From assembly GCA_963815115.1 (NCBI GenBank), contig CAWFFN010000005.1, positions 576,001 to 640,000 of the forward strand: a stretch of DNA of 64,000 nucleotides, in the 5' to 3' direction. The DNA is from an uncultured delta proteobacterium. GTDB taxonomy: Bacteria; Desulfobacterota; Binatia; DP-6. Positions 39,440 through 54,200 of this stretch are shown one piece after another. Below the pieces are notes generated by a model, which saw only the letters and a program-made list of their open reading frames with translations, searched no databases and was not told the DNA's origin. Made by a program: the position numbers and the translations under genes. The first letter of the stretch is position 1. Every line of letters starts with the position of its first letter.

Positions 39440-39964
39440 TCAGCGCCTGGGGCGCTCGGCGAACGTCCGGCCGCCGCGAGCCCAGTCCGGCCCCGCCGGC
39501 CAGTGCCATCGGGTCTTCTTCTTCGCGTGCTCGGGGTCGACCCGCCGACAGGCATCCTCGTAGGACTTCATCGCCACCTCGCGCTGCTTCCAGGCCCAGA
39601 AGTCCTCTTCGCGCTTCCACTTCCCGTTGCTCGCGTACTCGAGCAGCGAGACGCCGGGGAAATCGTGCGTGCCCTGTCCGCTCGGGTCGTCGCGGCGGTT
39701 CTGCATGTAGAAGATCACGCGCCCGCGCTCGACGTCGATCGTGTGCCACTCGTAGGCGGTGTAGATCTCGCCGTAGCGCTCCATCACCGGCTTGATCCAG
39801 GCGCGGACCGTCTCCCGGCCGTTCATCGAGCCGTAGTAGTGCTCGAAGTAGGTGCAGTCCTCGGTGAAGAGATCGGCCCACGCGTCCCAGTCCTCCCCCA
39901 CGGCACCGGTGCGCCAGTAGGTCCGGAACGCCGACTCGAGCTCGTCGCGATCGAACGCCGCCAT
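39440..39964 (-). CDS. NTF2/SnoaL-like protein
   Basis: DWDAWADLFTED.TY.EH.YG...GRE pattern; SD GGAGGG. Confidence 0.85.
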   Translation of the reverse strand: MAAFDRDELESAFRTYWRTGAVGEDWDAWADLFTEDCTYFEHYYGSMNGRETVRAWIKPVMERYGEIYTAYEWHTIDVERGRVIFYMQNRRDDPSGQGTHDFPGVSLLEYASNGKWKREEDFWAWKQREVAMKSYEDACRRVDPEHAKKKTRWHWPAGPDWARGGRTFAERPRR

Positions 39965-40032
39965 CACGTGTCCCTCCGCTCGTCGAAGGGTACGAGGGCT
40001 AGCACGAGGGCGCGCCGCGCCGCCAGCGCGAG

Positions 40033-42567
40033 TCACTTCGCGTGGGCGTCGAAGACCCCGTCCCAGTCCGGCGGCGGAGGCGCCGCGGACAGCCGCCGGC
40101 AGCGCTCGAGGTACGTCTGCGCGGGGCCGTCCTCGGGCTGCTCGCGCACCAGGGCCTCGAAGCGGGCAATCGCCTCGTCCCAGGCGCGTGCCCGATACGA
40201 GGCGAGCGCGTCGTCCCAGGATTGCTGCCACGCGTCCGGCGCGTCCCTGCCCAGCACCTCGTGGATCCCCACCGGCCGGCCACGACCGAGCACGCGAACC
40301 CGGTCGATCTCACGACAGGCAAACCGGGAGTCGAGGCACGCCCTCGTCGCCTCCGAGATCAGCAGGGCGGCTCCGTACTGCTTCCCGAGACCCTCCAGCC
40401 GCGACGCCAGGTTCACGGCGTCGCCGCGGGCGTCGTACTCCAGGCGCTGGGCCGTGCCGAAGTTGCCGACGGTCGCCGTGCCCGTGTGGACGCCGACACG
40501 GATGGCGATCGGCGGCGCGCCGCGCGCCGCCCAGCGAGCGTTGAAGGGTGCGAGAGCGTCCAGCATCTCGAGGGCCGCCGCACAGGCATGGGCGGCGTGG
40601 TCGGGCAGCGGCGCCGGCGTGTTCCAGAGCGCCATCACGGCGTCGCCGATGGTCTTCACGACGAGGCCGTGCCGACCCTCGATGACGGCCTCCATGGCGG
40701 CGAAGTATTCCTCCTGGAGCGATCGCAGCGTGGCGGGATCGACCGCCTCGGCCACCCCCGTCGAGCCGCGCATGTCGGAGAACAGGATCGTCACCTCGCG
40801 CTCCGCCGGCGCGAGCGCCTGCGGATCGCGCTCGAAGGCCTCGATGATGGGGCGCGGTGCATAGCGCCCGAGGTCGATGCGCAGCAGCTCGGTGCTGAGC
40901 GCCGACGCAACCGCGCCGAGCAGCGCGAGGTCGGTCGTCGTGTACACGTCGCCGGACCGCATCCGACCGAGCGCGAGGAAGGCCACCAGGCGCTGGCCGC
41001 GACGGATCGGCAGGATGGTGACGATGCCGAGCGCCTCGAAGAGCAGGCGCGCGCTGTCGGGCAGCGAGGGCGCGCCGGGCGTCGCCGCCTCGCCCTGGAG
41101 ATCGATCGGATCCGCGGCGCCGCCGAGGTCTGCGATCAGAGTGTCCTCGAGCGGGGGCGCGGGGCGCCCGCGGGGACGGCCGCCATCGCGCTCGGACGGC
41201 CTGTAGGTGGGGCCGTCCGGCCGGTAGAGGATACACCGCTCGGGCTGCAGCAGGGTGTCGAGACGCTCGCTGGCAAGGTCGAGCAGCTGATCTGCGTTGC
41301 CCGCCTTCCGGAACTCGCGCAGCAGATCGTCGACGCCGTCGCGCAGCGCGACGCGCTGGGCGAAGAAGAGTCGTTCCATGCGCGGGCGCAGCGCGCGTTG
41401 GCCCGGGAGCAGGCCACCGGCCACCACACCCGCCACGAGCAGCTGTCCGAAGCCGGGATCGAGCCCGGACGCGGCGCAGATCCAATTTCCTCCCCGTGGC
41501 ACGACGGTGAGGAGCGCGACGATGAAGAGGAACGAGAGCAAGCTGTAGAGCGCCGTGGCCGCGACCAGTCGGTCGATGTCGAAGAGGTTGAAGCGCACGA
41601 TCGCGATCAGGAAGCTCAGCGGCACGGCGACCAGGGCGACCGATGCGACGTCGTGCCACCACCAGTGCGCGGGGTTCACCCACGCGGCGAGGTTCGCGAC
41701 CAGCGGCGGCAGGATGCCGATCCAGACGCCGCAGGCCACCCACTTGAACTGGCGCCGCCCCACGGGACTCGCCCGGAGCAGGTTGTGCGCCGCCACCGCC
41801 AGGATGGTCGTCATGAAGGCGATGTTGACGCCGAGTCCGGCCGACGCCCCGATCGCGGGCGGCAGCGGTGTGCCGAAGACCCAGGTGAACGCCGTGGGCG
41901 CGAAGGCGGCGAACAGCCACGGCCACCACGGCTGTCGCGCGGGCGCGGTCTCGGTCGGGAAGATCAACGCGGCGCGCAGCCAGAACGGGAACTGGACGAG
42001 CGATGAAAGGGCGAACAGGACCGCCCAGAGATAGGTCTGTATCGGCGGGCCGCCAGGGAAGAGGGTCCAGTTGATCGCGTAGGAGATCGCCGCCAGGAAG
42101 AAGGCGCGTCCGATGGGTTCCTCGGGGACGCGCAGCAGGACGAGCGCCCCCGTGACCGCCATCGTCACGACCAGCGGAACGATCCGCCACGGCGCCACGG
42201 CCCGGGTGAGCGGAAGCCTGACCTCGCCGCTGGTCGCCCCCCGCTCGTAACGAACCGGTACGGCGAGGTCGGCATCCGCTCGCGAGTAGGCGCGGGCCGT
42301 GAAGCCGATGGGACCGACGCCGAGCAGGCTGTCTCCCCCGACGCCGAGGAGCCGGTCGCCGACGGCGAGCCCCGAGTCCTCGGCCGCCATCCCGGGCCAG
42401 AAGCCGCGCACCACCGGCGGCTGCCCCGCAGCCGGCGACGAGACGTAGACGCCCACCCAGGCGAGACGACCGCGAATCAGCTCCTTCAGATGCAGCGCGA
42501 ACGCGAGTGCCCACACCGAGAAGAGCAGGGGCAGGAGGATGCGGTCGAGGGGACGGAGGCGACGCAC
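40033..42567 (-). CDS. Membrane class III adenylate cyclase (PDZ-like, multi-TM, GAF-like, cyclase and TPR tail)
   Basis: SGLAVGDRLL PDZ-like segment; catalytic FSDMRG, KTIGDAVM and GDAVNLASRLE; C-terminal WDGVF. Confidence 0.9.
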   Translation of the reverse strand: MRRLRPLDRILLPLLFSVWALAFALHLKELIRGRLAWVGVYVSSPAAGQPPVVRGFWPGMAAEDSGLAVGDRLLGVGGDSLLGVGPIGFTARAYSRADADLAVPVRYERGATSGEVRLPLTRAVAPWRIVPLVVTMAVTGALVLLRVPEEPIGRAFFLAAISYAINWTLFPGGPPIQTYLWAVLFALSSLVQFPFWLRAALIFPTETAPARQPWWPWLFAAFAPTAFTWVFGTPLPPAIGASAGLGVNIAFMTTILAVAAHNLLRASPVGRRQFKWVACGVWIGILPPLVANLAAWVNPAHWWWHDVASVALVAVPLSFLIAIVRFNLFDIDRLVAATALYSLLSFLFIVALLTVVPRGGNWICAASGLDPGFGQLLVAGVVAGGLLPGQRALRPRMERLFFAQRVALRDGVDDLLREFRKAGNADQLLDLASERLDTLLQPERCILYRPDGPTYRPSERDGGRPRGRPAPPLEDTLIADLGGAADPIDLQGEAATPGAPSLPDSARLLFEALGIVTILPIRRGQRLVAFLALGRMRSGDVYTTTDLALLGAVASALSTELLRIDLGRYAPRPIIEAFERDPQALAPAEREVTILFSDMRGSTGVAEAVDPATLRSLQEEYFAAMEAVIEGRHGLVVKTIGDAVMALWNTPAPLPDHAAHACAAALEMLDALAPFNARWAARGAPPIAIRVGVHTGTATVGNFGTAQRLEYDARGDAVNLASRLEGLGKQYGAALLISEATRACLDSRFACREIDRVRVLGRGRPVGIHEVLGRDAPDAWQQSWDDALASYRARAWDEAIARFEALVREQPEDGPAQTYLERCRRLSAAPPPPDWDGVFDAHAK

Positions 42568-42662
42568 GGAAGTTCAGTTCTATCTTATGCGGCGATGAGC
42601 CAGAAAGGCGTATCTGGTTGACTTCGGGAACTCGCCTCCCATAGCACGGCGCGGGCCTTCGC

Positions 42663-44171
42663 GTGCTGTTCTCGGCGCTCCTCACCACTGTCTCCGCGGT
42701 ACTCTATGGAGCTTGCTTCCCGCCGCTCTCCCTGGCGCCGCTGGTCTGGATCGCCCTCGTGCCGTTCTTCGTCGCGATCACGCGGCACGGACCGGCCGGC
42801 GCCGCGCTGCTCGGCCTGCTGTGGGGGACCGGCATCGGCGTCGCCACGGGGACGTGGTTCCCGGGCATGGTCTCCGGGTACTTCGAGCAGCCCGTGTGGA
42901 TCGGTTGGGCGAGCCTGCCGGCGGTGTCCGCCGCGCACGCGGGCATCTACTGCGCGGCGTTCGCCGGCTGGGTCGCCTGGCTGGCGCCCAGGCGCCTCGC
43001 CTCCCCCTGGGTCGTTGCGCTGGCATGGTGCGGCTACGAGCTCGTGCGGGCGCGGGCCTTCGGTGGCGATCCCTGGGTGCTCTCCGGCTACGCGCTGGTG
43101 CACTGGCCGGCGTTCGTGCAGGTCGCCGATCTGGCCGGTCCCTACGCTCCGGGCGCGCTCGTTGCCGCGGTCAACGCGCTCCTGGCCGCGTGCCTCGTCC
43201 CCGCGCTGCGCGGCCGCCATCCCGCGCGGTCGTTCGTCACGGTGCCGCTGACGTTGGGCCTCGCCCTGGGCTACGGGTGGTGGCGTCTCGGACCGTCCAG
43301 CGATTCCGCGGCCCTCCCCATCGCAGTCGTGCAGAGCGCCGTCGGTCGCGGACTCCGCTGGCGTTCGGAATACCGTGAACGCGGTCTTGCGGAGCATCTT
43401 TCGCTCTCCCGCGAAGCGATGGCCACGCACCCCGTCCTCGTCGTCTGGCCGGAGTACGCCGTCAGCTTCTATCCCCAGGAGCTCACCGTCGAGCGCGAGA
43501 AGCTGATCGACGGGACGCGCGCGCTGGCAGCCGACGTCGTGCTCGGTGCCCCGCACTACGAGTTCACGCCCGCGGGCCGGACGGTGTACCACAACTCCAT
43601 CTTCGTCCTCCGCGGCGGCCGCATGGCCGGACGCTACGACAAGCGCCGCCTGGTCCCGTTCGCCGAGACCACCGGCGACACCGCGTACACGCCGGGCGCC
43701 GGTCCGGCGGTGCTGCCCTCGAACGCCGGCCGGCTCGGCATGCTCCTCTGCTTCGAGGCCATGTCCCCGGAGCTGGCACGCGAGACGGTGGCCGCGGGCG
43801 CCCAGGTGCTGGTCAACCTGTCGAACGACTCGTGGTTCGGCAGCGAGGCGGCCGCACGCCATCACCTCGAGATCGCCACCATGCGCGCGGTCGAGAACCG
43901 CCGCTGGCTGGTGCGTGCCGCGACGACCGGGTACTCGGCGATCGTGGACCCGGGCGGGCGGATGCGGGCGGTGAGCGCGTTCGATCGTCCCGCGGTGCTG
44001 CACGCCGCCGTCGCGCCGAGCGATGTGGTCACGGTGTACCAGCGGGTGGGCGACGTGCCGCTGGCGATCGCGGTGGTGCTGGCCGTCGTGGGGGCGCTGT
44101 GGGTGGGTCGGCGGCGCGAACGTTTGCTCCAACCGGAACAGGAGCCGAGTGGCCCAGGTACTCCTATTTGA
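42663..44171 (+). CDS. lnt: Apolipoprotein N-acyltransferase
   Basis: TM N-terminus with nitrilase triad motifs VWPE, YDKRRLVPFAE and LCFE, plus NLSNDSWFG and RAVEN. Confidence 0.93.
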   Translation: MLFSALLTTVSAVLYGACFPPLSLAPLVWIALVPFFVAITRHGPAGAALLGLLWGTGIGVATGTWFPGMVSGYFEQPVWIGWASLPAVSAAHAGIYCAAFAGWVAWLAPRRLASPWVVALAWCGYELVRARAFGGDPWVLSGYALVHWPAFVQVADLAGPYAPGALVAAVNALLAACLVPALRGRHPARSFVTVPLTLGLALGYGWWRLGPSSDSAALPIAVVQSAVGRGLRWRSEYRERGLAEHLSLSREAMATHPVLVVWPEYAVSFYPQELTVEREKLIDGTRALAADVVLGAPHYEFTPAGRTVYHNSIFVLRGGRMAGRYDKRRLVPFAETTGDTAYTPGAGPAVLPSNAGRLGMLLCFEAMSPELARETVAAGAQVLVNLSNDSWFGSEAAARHHLEIATMRAVENRRWLVRAATTGYSAIVDPGGRMRAVSAFDRPAVLHAAVAPSDVVTVYQRVGDVPLAIAVVLAVVGALWVGRRRERLLQPEQEPSGPGTPI

Positions 44172-45600
44172 CCGACCGCAGGTCCTCGACCCGCCCCCGC
44201 GCAACCGCGAGCCCCTGCCGCAGGCCCTCGACACACGCCGGCTCGACCCCGGTCGCATGTCCGAGCTTGCGCTCCGCGCGCATCAGGAAACCGTTCGCCA
44301 TCGCGAGCAGCCGCCGCCGCGCGCGCCGCCCGACCAGATCGGCCCGCCGCAGCTTCGCGGACGCCGCGTCGAGCTTCTTCTTCACCGCCCGCGGGATGGT
44401 CTGTCCGCCGCACGCCGACGCGATCGCGCCGTCGACGGCGCAGGTCGCGTGAATCCCGAGCGGGGGAAGGGCGTCGTTGGCGCAGATCGTGCCTCGGCAT
44501 ACATCTTCGGTGCAGGGGTCGCCGTCGTCGCACGACGGTGGCTGGCAGCCGGCGCGCGGCGGGAGCGCGGGTGTGGTGGTCGTCGGGGGCGGCGTCGCTG
44601 GTGGCCCTGCCGGGGGCGGCGTCGCCGGGGGTCCTGTCGGGGGCGGCGTCGTTGGTGGTCCGGGGATCGCGCAGGCACTCGTGCACTGATCCCCGTCCGC
44701 CGTGTTGCCGTCGTCGCACTCCTCGCCATCGTCGAGCACACCGTTGCCGCAGAGAAGCGCCGCGCATGCCGCGCCGGTCTGCATCGGGCCGAAGGAGAGG
44801 CTCTCGCTCTCGGAATAGAAGGCGCTCTGGAGGAAACCGAGCGTGACGTTGAAGACCTGGCGGCTGCCCCCACGCGTGCCGCGCCCGTCGACTGCGCGGG
44901 CGGAGACCGGCGCGGGGTTCGTCGCGAGGACGCAGGCGCCGAGATCGCAGTCCGCATCGGCTGCGCAAGACAGACCATAATAGCCATAGTAGCAGGTGTT
45001 GCCGTCCTCGGGCATGCACGGCCCCAGGGCGCAGTCCTGGTCCCACTTGCAAATACCGTCGGTGGGGTACGAGGTCTTCGACGGATCGAACGGCGCGCGT
45101 TCACAGGCGCCATACTCGCAGAATCCATACTCGATGACGGTCGTGACCGACTCGCCGATGAGCGCCTCGGCAACCTTTGCCGAGAGCTTCTGACCGATGA
45201 GCCAGTCTGCGGAAACCTGCACGTCCTCGGCGAGCCGTGGAAGGCCGCCGATGGCACAGTTGGCACACAGGCTGTTCCGGTCGTCGCACACGCAGGCGGG
45301 CAGGGTGAACGTGCAAGCGTCCCGCGCGCCGCACGCGATCGCGATGCTGCCGTCGCGCTTCTTCGCACGGATGACGGCGACCGCCGTGCTCTTCTCACCA
45401 CTCGCGCAGGCCTTCGCGACGGTCTGGCCTGGAGGATCGTCGCGCACGAAGAGCTCCAGGGTCGCCGGCAGCTGGCGGTTGCTCATGAAGAGGCAAGGGT
45501 CGCGCCTCCCCGCTCCAGGAGCTCCCGCGAGGCAGGGGGTGGCGGCGAGGCAGGCGAGCACTGCCGCGCCAAGCTGGGCGGAGATCGATCGCGGAGACAT
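44164..45600 (-). CDS. Secreted Cys-rich protein with myxococcal Cys-rich repeat (DUF4215-like) and Pro-rich linker
   Basis: Signal peptide, CGNGVLDDGEECDDGN...GD.C and CDDGDPCTED.C motifs. Confidence 0.8.
   Translation of the reverse strand: MSPRSISAQLGAAVLACLAATPCLAGAPGAGRRDPCLFMSNRQLPATLELFVRDDPPGQTVAKACASGEKSTAVAVIRAKKRDGSIAIACGARDACTFTLPACVCDDRNSLCANCAIGGLPRLAEDVQVSADWLIGQKLSAKVAEALIGESVTTVIEYGFCEYGACERAPFDPSKTSYPTDGICKWDQDCALGPCMPEDGNTCYYGYYGLSCAADADCDLGACVLATNPAPVSARAVDGRGTRGGSRQVFNVTLGFLQSAFYSESESLSFGPMQTGAACAALLCGNGVLDDGEECDDGNTADGDQCTSACAIPGPPTTPPPTGPPATPPPAGPPATPPPTTTTPALPPRAGCQPPSCDDGDPCTEDVCRGTICANDALPPLGIHATCAVDGAIASACGGQTIPRAVKKKLDAASAKLRRADLVGRRARRRLLAMANGFLMRAERKLGHATGVEPACVEGLRQGLAVARGRVEDLRSVK
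44583..44663. repeat. 3 x 27-bp coding tandem repeat (GPPxTPPPx)
   Basis: Units at 44583, 44610 and 44637 share CGGGGGCGGCGTCG. Confidence 0.8.
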
Positions 45601-45693
45601 CTAGATCTTTTCTTGCCTGTTCCCTGGACTGCTCTACGGCCGTCGGCGGGGGACGGTTTTATAGGCAGACGACGCGCCTGCCCGCAAGCAAAA

Positions 45694-49011
<3,318 letters not shown>

Positions 49012-49139
49012 CTCCGACGGCGTGGAGGGAGCAACGGCCGTGCCAGCGAATCGGCGCGGTGGCCGTGTCGTGCGATCGTTGCAGGGCGGGCCGGTGCCCG
49101 CCAGGCGAGCAGCATCCTCCCGTGCGGGAGGCACCGAGG

Positions 49140-51278
49140 TCAGCGACTCGTGCGCCCGCGCACCTCGAAGTCCACGCCGTCACGCACCGCGCCGTCCGCG
49201 TCGACCAGCTCGAGCACGTGGTGGCCCGCCGTCGGCTCCCACAAGCGCGGCCCATGCGCCGTACCCAGGTCGGCGCCGTCGAGCCGCCAGCGCCACCGCG
49301 ACGCTGCCGACTCGGCCTCGAGGAGCAGCCGCTGGCGCTCCGGCGGGACGTCGGGATCGAGCGCGATCCGGGTGCCCGTCACGGGAGCCTTGATCCGCGG
49401 GCGCTGCGCCAGCGCCGTGCGGTCGCCCGGCGTCTCGGTGCCGGCAAGCACCCATTCGCGCCGCGGCGGCTCGACGTCGTCGGGGAAGGTGACGGTCGTC
49501 GCGACCACCCCCGCGGGTGGAGACGGCGGCTCGCTCGGCACGTCGCGATGGAGGCGCTCCATCAGCTCCATCCAGATCGGTGCCGCGCCGGTCACTCCGC
49601 TGACGTCGCGCATCGGCCGCCCGGAGAAGTTGCCGACCCAGACGCCGGCGGTGAAGCGCCGCGAGAAGCCGACGCACCAGTTGTCTCGCATGTCCTTGCT
49701 GGTGCCGGTCTTCACCGCCGTCCAGAAACGAGTGGCGAGCACGTTCTCGAGTCCGAAGGTCGGACTGCGGCTCTCGCGGTCGGCGAGGACGTCGGCGACG
49801 AGGTAGGCCGTCGAGTCCGCGAAGACGCGGCGCTGCTCCCCGGCAGAAGCGCCCGGCTCGAGCCGGAGCGGGGCGAAGCGGCCTCCGTTCGCGAGCGTGC
49901 GATACGCGGCGACCAGCTCCCACAGGCTCACATCGGCGGAGCCGAGTGCGAGCGAGGGCCCGTAGTAGGCCGCGGGGCGATCCACGCCGGCGAAGCCCAG
50001 CGCGCGCAGGCGGGCCACGAAGGCATCGCCGCCGACGAGCTGGAGCGTTCGCACCGCAGGGGTGTTGAGCGACGCGGCGAGCGCCGTCCGTACCGACACC
50101 AGGCCGCGGAAGGCGTCGTCGTAGTTGCGTGGCCGGTAGAGTCCCTCGGCGACCCCGAGCTCGAGTGGCGCGTCCTCGACCAGCGACCCGGGGGTGAGGA
50201 GCCGCCGCTCGATGGCGACCCCGTAGAGGAAGGGCTTGAGCGCCGAGCCCGGCTGGCGGCGCGCGACGACGCCGTCGACCTGCGACGCCGCGGACAGGTC
50301 GCCGCTGCTGCCGACGTAGGCGAGCACGTCGCCGCTCTCGTTGTCGACCACCAGCACGGCCCCGTCTTCGACGCCGCGCTCGCGCACGGCGAGCAGATTG
50401 CGGCGCAGCGCGGCCAGGGCGTCGCGCTGGATCGACGCGTCGAGCGTGGCGGTGGCCGTCCTGCGCCGGCTGCCCGGCGGCAGCAGGCGTCGCGCCACGT
50501 GCGGCGCGAGCGCTGGCGTGGGCGACGGCACGCGACTCGCCTCCAGCACGCGAGCCACGGCGGCGGTCACGGCCTCGGGCGGTGTCGGGTCGCGGAGCGC
50601 CGCGCGCACGGCGAGCGCTCGCCCGGCGACGGCCGAGCCCGGGGCATTCGGCGCCGCCAGCAGCGCGGCCAGCACCAGCGCCTCGGGACCGGAGACGCCG
50701 TGCGGCGCCTTGCCGAAGAGCCCGTCGGTGGCGGCGCCGACGCCTTCGAGCTCGCCGCGGAAGCTCGCGAGGTTCAGGTACGTCTCGAGGATCTGCTCCT
50801 TCGACCACGTGCGCTCGAGCGCCCAGGCGAGCCGCATCTGCCGCCACTTCTGGCGAAGCGTGCGCGCGCCCGACGGCCGCAAGGCGGGATCGAGCAGCGC
50901 GGCGACCTGCATGGTGATCGTGCTCGCGCCGCGGCGCCGGCCCCCGGTGAGACCATGGGCCACGGCGGCGGCCACGGCTCGCAGATCGACGCCGCCGTGC
51001 TCGGCGAAGCGCCGATCCTCCGCCGCCACCACGGCGGCGCGCAGCGCGGGAGACACCTCGCCGAGCGGAACCCACGGCAGCCGGCGGCGCATGGGATCGA
51101 TGCGGCGCGTGGCGAGCAGCTCGCCGTGTCGGTCGAGGAGGCGGGCATCGGACGGCCGGAAGCCGGCGCGCACGGTGTCGAAGCTCGGCGCCGTGGGCCG
51201 GGTGAGCCCGAGCGCGAGCGCGCCGATCGCCGTCGCGAGCAGCGCACCCCGGGCGAGTCCGCGGGCGCCGCGCCTCAT
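49140..51278 (-). CDS. pbpC: Penicillin-binding protein 1C
   Basis: Transglycosylase motifs EDRRF..H.GVD and GASTITMQ; transpeptidase motifs SALK, SLN and KTG; overlaps the A2M stop. Confidence 0.95.
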   Translation of the reverse strand: MRRGARGLARGALLATAIGALALGLTRPTAPSFDTVRAGFRPSDARLLDRHGELLATRRIDPMRRRLPWVPLGEVSPALRAAVVAAEDRRFAEHGGVDLRAVAAAVAHGLTGGRRRGASTITMQVAALLDPALRPSGARTLRQKWRQMRLAWALERTWSKEQILETYLNLASFRGELEGVGAATDGLFGKAPHGVSGPEALVLAALLAAPNAPGSAVAGRALAVRAALRDPTPPEAVTAAVARVLEASRVPSPTPALAPHVARRLLPPGSRRRTATATLDASIQRDALAALRRNLLAVRERGVEDGAVLVVDNESGDVLAYVGSSGDLSAASQVDGVVARRQPGSALKPFLYGVAIERRLLTPGSLVEDAPLELGVAEGLYRPRNYDDAFRGLVSVRTALAASLNTPAVRTLQLVGGDAFVARLRALGFAGVDRPAAYYGPSLALGSADVSLWELVAAYRTLANGGRFAPLRLEPGASAGEQRRVFADSTAYLVADVLADRESRSPTFGLENVLATRFWTAVKTGTSKDMRDNWCVGFSRRFTAGVWVGNFSGRPMRDVSGVTGAAPIWMELMERLHRDVPSEPPSPPAGVVATTVTFPDDVEPPRREWVLAGTETPGDRTALAQRPRIKAPVTGTRIALDPDVPPERQRLLLEAESAASRWRWRLDGADLGTAHGPRLWEPTAGHHVLELVDADGAVRDGVDFEVRGRTSR

Positions 51279-54200
51279 CGCACCTCCAGCGGCGAGTTCG
51301 GCAGCTCCCCGAACGTCTCGGGAGCGTACAGCGCCTCGACCCGCGTCGGAGGGAGCTGGAAGGTGCCCGGCTGGCTCAGCCGGATGACGTACTCCGCGAC
51401 GAAGCGCCCCTTCGGGACGTACTCGTAGTAGGCATGGTAGCTGGCAAACGTGCGCTCGACGAAGGTGGGGGTGAGCTGCGCGAGGTCCTCCGCGTCGCTT
51501 GCGGCGCCGGACCCGATCCCGCTGGCGAGGTGGGAAGCGCCCGCGGGAATGGGATCGTCGACCACCACCCAGCCCATGTCGCTCTGTGCCTCCACCTCGA
51601 GCCTGATCCGCAGGCGGTCGTCACGATGGAGCACGCCGGGCTCGGCGGCCTCGATCGGTTCCACGCGCTTCGTGATGCGGAAGCCGCTGGCCAGCGGCTC
51701 GTGCAGCGGGATGGCGGCACGAGACGAGACGGTGAGCCATGGCCGTCCCGTGCCCGCGTGCTCGATCGACAGCTCCGCCGGGCCGGCCGGCCACGCCAGG
51801 TCGAGCGTGCCGCCCGCCGGGGTCTTCGCCCACGTGACTGCCTCGCGCTCGCCGCCGAGCACGACGGTGGTGAGGCCGGTCACCGGGGTGGCCTCGAACG
51901 CGCGCGTGAAGCGCTCGACGGCGAGCGTGCCCCAGGCGTTCGCCGGTGTGGTGCCCCAGTGCCCGCCGCGCTGGAGCCCGAGCGCGCCGCGCACCAGGCG
52001 GGGCAGCTCGTCGTGCCACGCGCCGGCGTCGGTGAGGAGGAGCGCGAGCCGCCCCGCGTTCACTGCCGGACCCGTCATGAACCACCACAGATCGTCCTGC
52101 GCGGCCGTCGAGAAGCGCAGCGTCGTTCCGGAGAGATCGAGGCGCGCGCGTACGATCTGCTCCGCCTGTGCAAGCCGCGCGGCACGATCGGGGACCCCGG
52201 GCACGCGGCGCAGGATGCTCCACCAGTCGAGCACCGCGGACGTGGGCCAGAGCTCCGGCTCGGCCTCGATGCTCTGGAGGTCGGATGCCTCCGCCCGGCC
52301 GTAGCGCGACAGCGCCTCGAGGGCCGCGAGCTTGCGCAACGGCAGGTCGGGCAGGCGTGAGTCGCGGCGAAGCTTGCCGTCCGCGAAGCGCCGCAGACCT
52401 TGCAGCATGGCGTCGCGCGCGTCGCCGGGCAGCGCCCATCCCGCCGTGCTCGAGAGCGCGAGCACGTAGCTGGTGAGCACCTCGCTGCCCTCGGCCTGGG
52501 TCGGGAAGTACTTGAGGAGCCCATCGCGGTCCTGGAAGGCGGGAAGCGCGGCCGTCACGTCGCGCCAGATCGCCTGGTCGCCCAGCGCGACGGCGCGCGA
52601 GACGCGTTGCTCGAGGCAGGTGAACGGGTAGCGACGCATCCAGTCGCGCACGCCGTCGAGACCGGCGTCGAGGCTCGGTGCCAGGCTCACGGCGACGCCG
52701 CCACGGTCCGCGAGCGCGTCGTCGGGCCGCTGGACCGGGACCGGTGCGCCGTCGGGGGTCCACTGCAGGAGCGTCGCGGCGAGGGTGGTCACCGGTACCG
52801 CTGGCAAGACCTGCTCGGTCACGCGCACGTGGTCGGCGGCGCCACCACGCTCCGCGACCTCGACGTCCCAGGCGAGGCTGGTGGCACCGGCGGGCACGGT
52901 GACGTCCCAGCCCGCGACCGCCGCCTCGCCCGCGGCGAGCGAGAGCGTCTGCGGGGCCAGCGGCTCCGTGAGCCCCGCCACCGTGCCTCGCAGGTCGACG
53001 GTCATCGCGCGATCGGTCGTGTTGCGCACCGTGAGTCCGGCGCGGAAGCGGTCGCCCTCGCGCACCAGCGGCGGCAGTCCGGGAAGCACCATCAGGTCCT
53101 GCGTCGAACGGATCGACGTGCCGCCGCTGCCGAACATCCCCAGACCGGCGGTCGCGATGGCCTCGATGCGGAAGCTGGTGAGCGAGTCGTTGAGCGGGAC
53201 GTCGACGTGCGCCTCGCCGTTCGCGTCGAGCGCCACGCGGCCCTGCCAGAGGAGCAGCGTGTCGAACAGCTCGCGGGTCGGCTGTCGGCCGCCACCGCCG
53301 CCGCCCGGGATCGCCTTCAGGCCGTAGTGCCGCTTGCCGACCACCTCGAGCGTCGCCGTCGCCGTCCGGACGCCGTAGCCGCGGCGGCCCATCATCGCGT
53401 CCAGGACCTTCCAGCTCTGATTCGGCGCGAGCTCGAGGAGACCTTCGTCGACGACCGCCACCGCGATCTCCCCGCCCGCCGCCAGTGGCTTGCCGTCGGC
53501 GTCCTTCACGGCGATGGTCGCGGCGGCATGCTCGCGCGGTCGGTAGACTGGTCGATCGGTCGTCACCGTCACATCGAGCGTGTGGGCACGCCAGCCGACC
53601 TCGATCTCGGCGATCCCGAGCTTGAAGGCAGGCCGTCCGAGATCCACCATCGCGGTCGGCTGGACGTCGCCCACGCGTCCGCGCACCACCAGCACGGAGA
53701 CGAAGACGTTGGGCGCCCACGCCGCCTCGACGGGCAGCTCGATCACCGGCGCCGTTCCCGAAAGGGACACCACGCGCGCGTCCATGACGCCCTCGCGCTC
53801 GAGCGTCACCAGCGCGGTGGCCTCGCGGAACGGCATGCGGACCTGGAAGCGTGCGGTCTCGCCCGGGTCGTAGTGCCGGCGCTCGGGCAACACGTCGATG
53901 CGGTCGGCGTCGCCGGTCTCGAACCACCACTGCTGGCCGCGCGACACCCACACGTCCGTGCTCGCGGCGGCGGTGTGCCCGTCGGGATCGGTGACCGACG
54001 CCTGCAGCACCACGTCGCCGCCGACCGCCGGGCGCCCCGAGCACGCGAAGCGGCCCTGGGGGTCGGTGACGCCGCGGCACAGCTCGCCCACGCGGCGGAC
54101 CTCGGTGGTGTGGTCGTAGGCGTAGAATCCGCCGACCACGCGCTTGCGCGTCGAGGAGGTGCGCCGCTCGAAGACGTCGATCCGGACGGGCGCACCGGCG

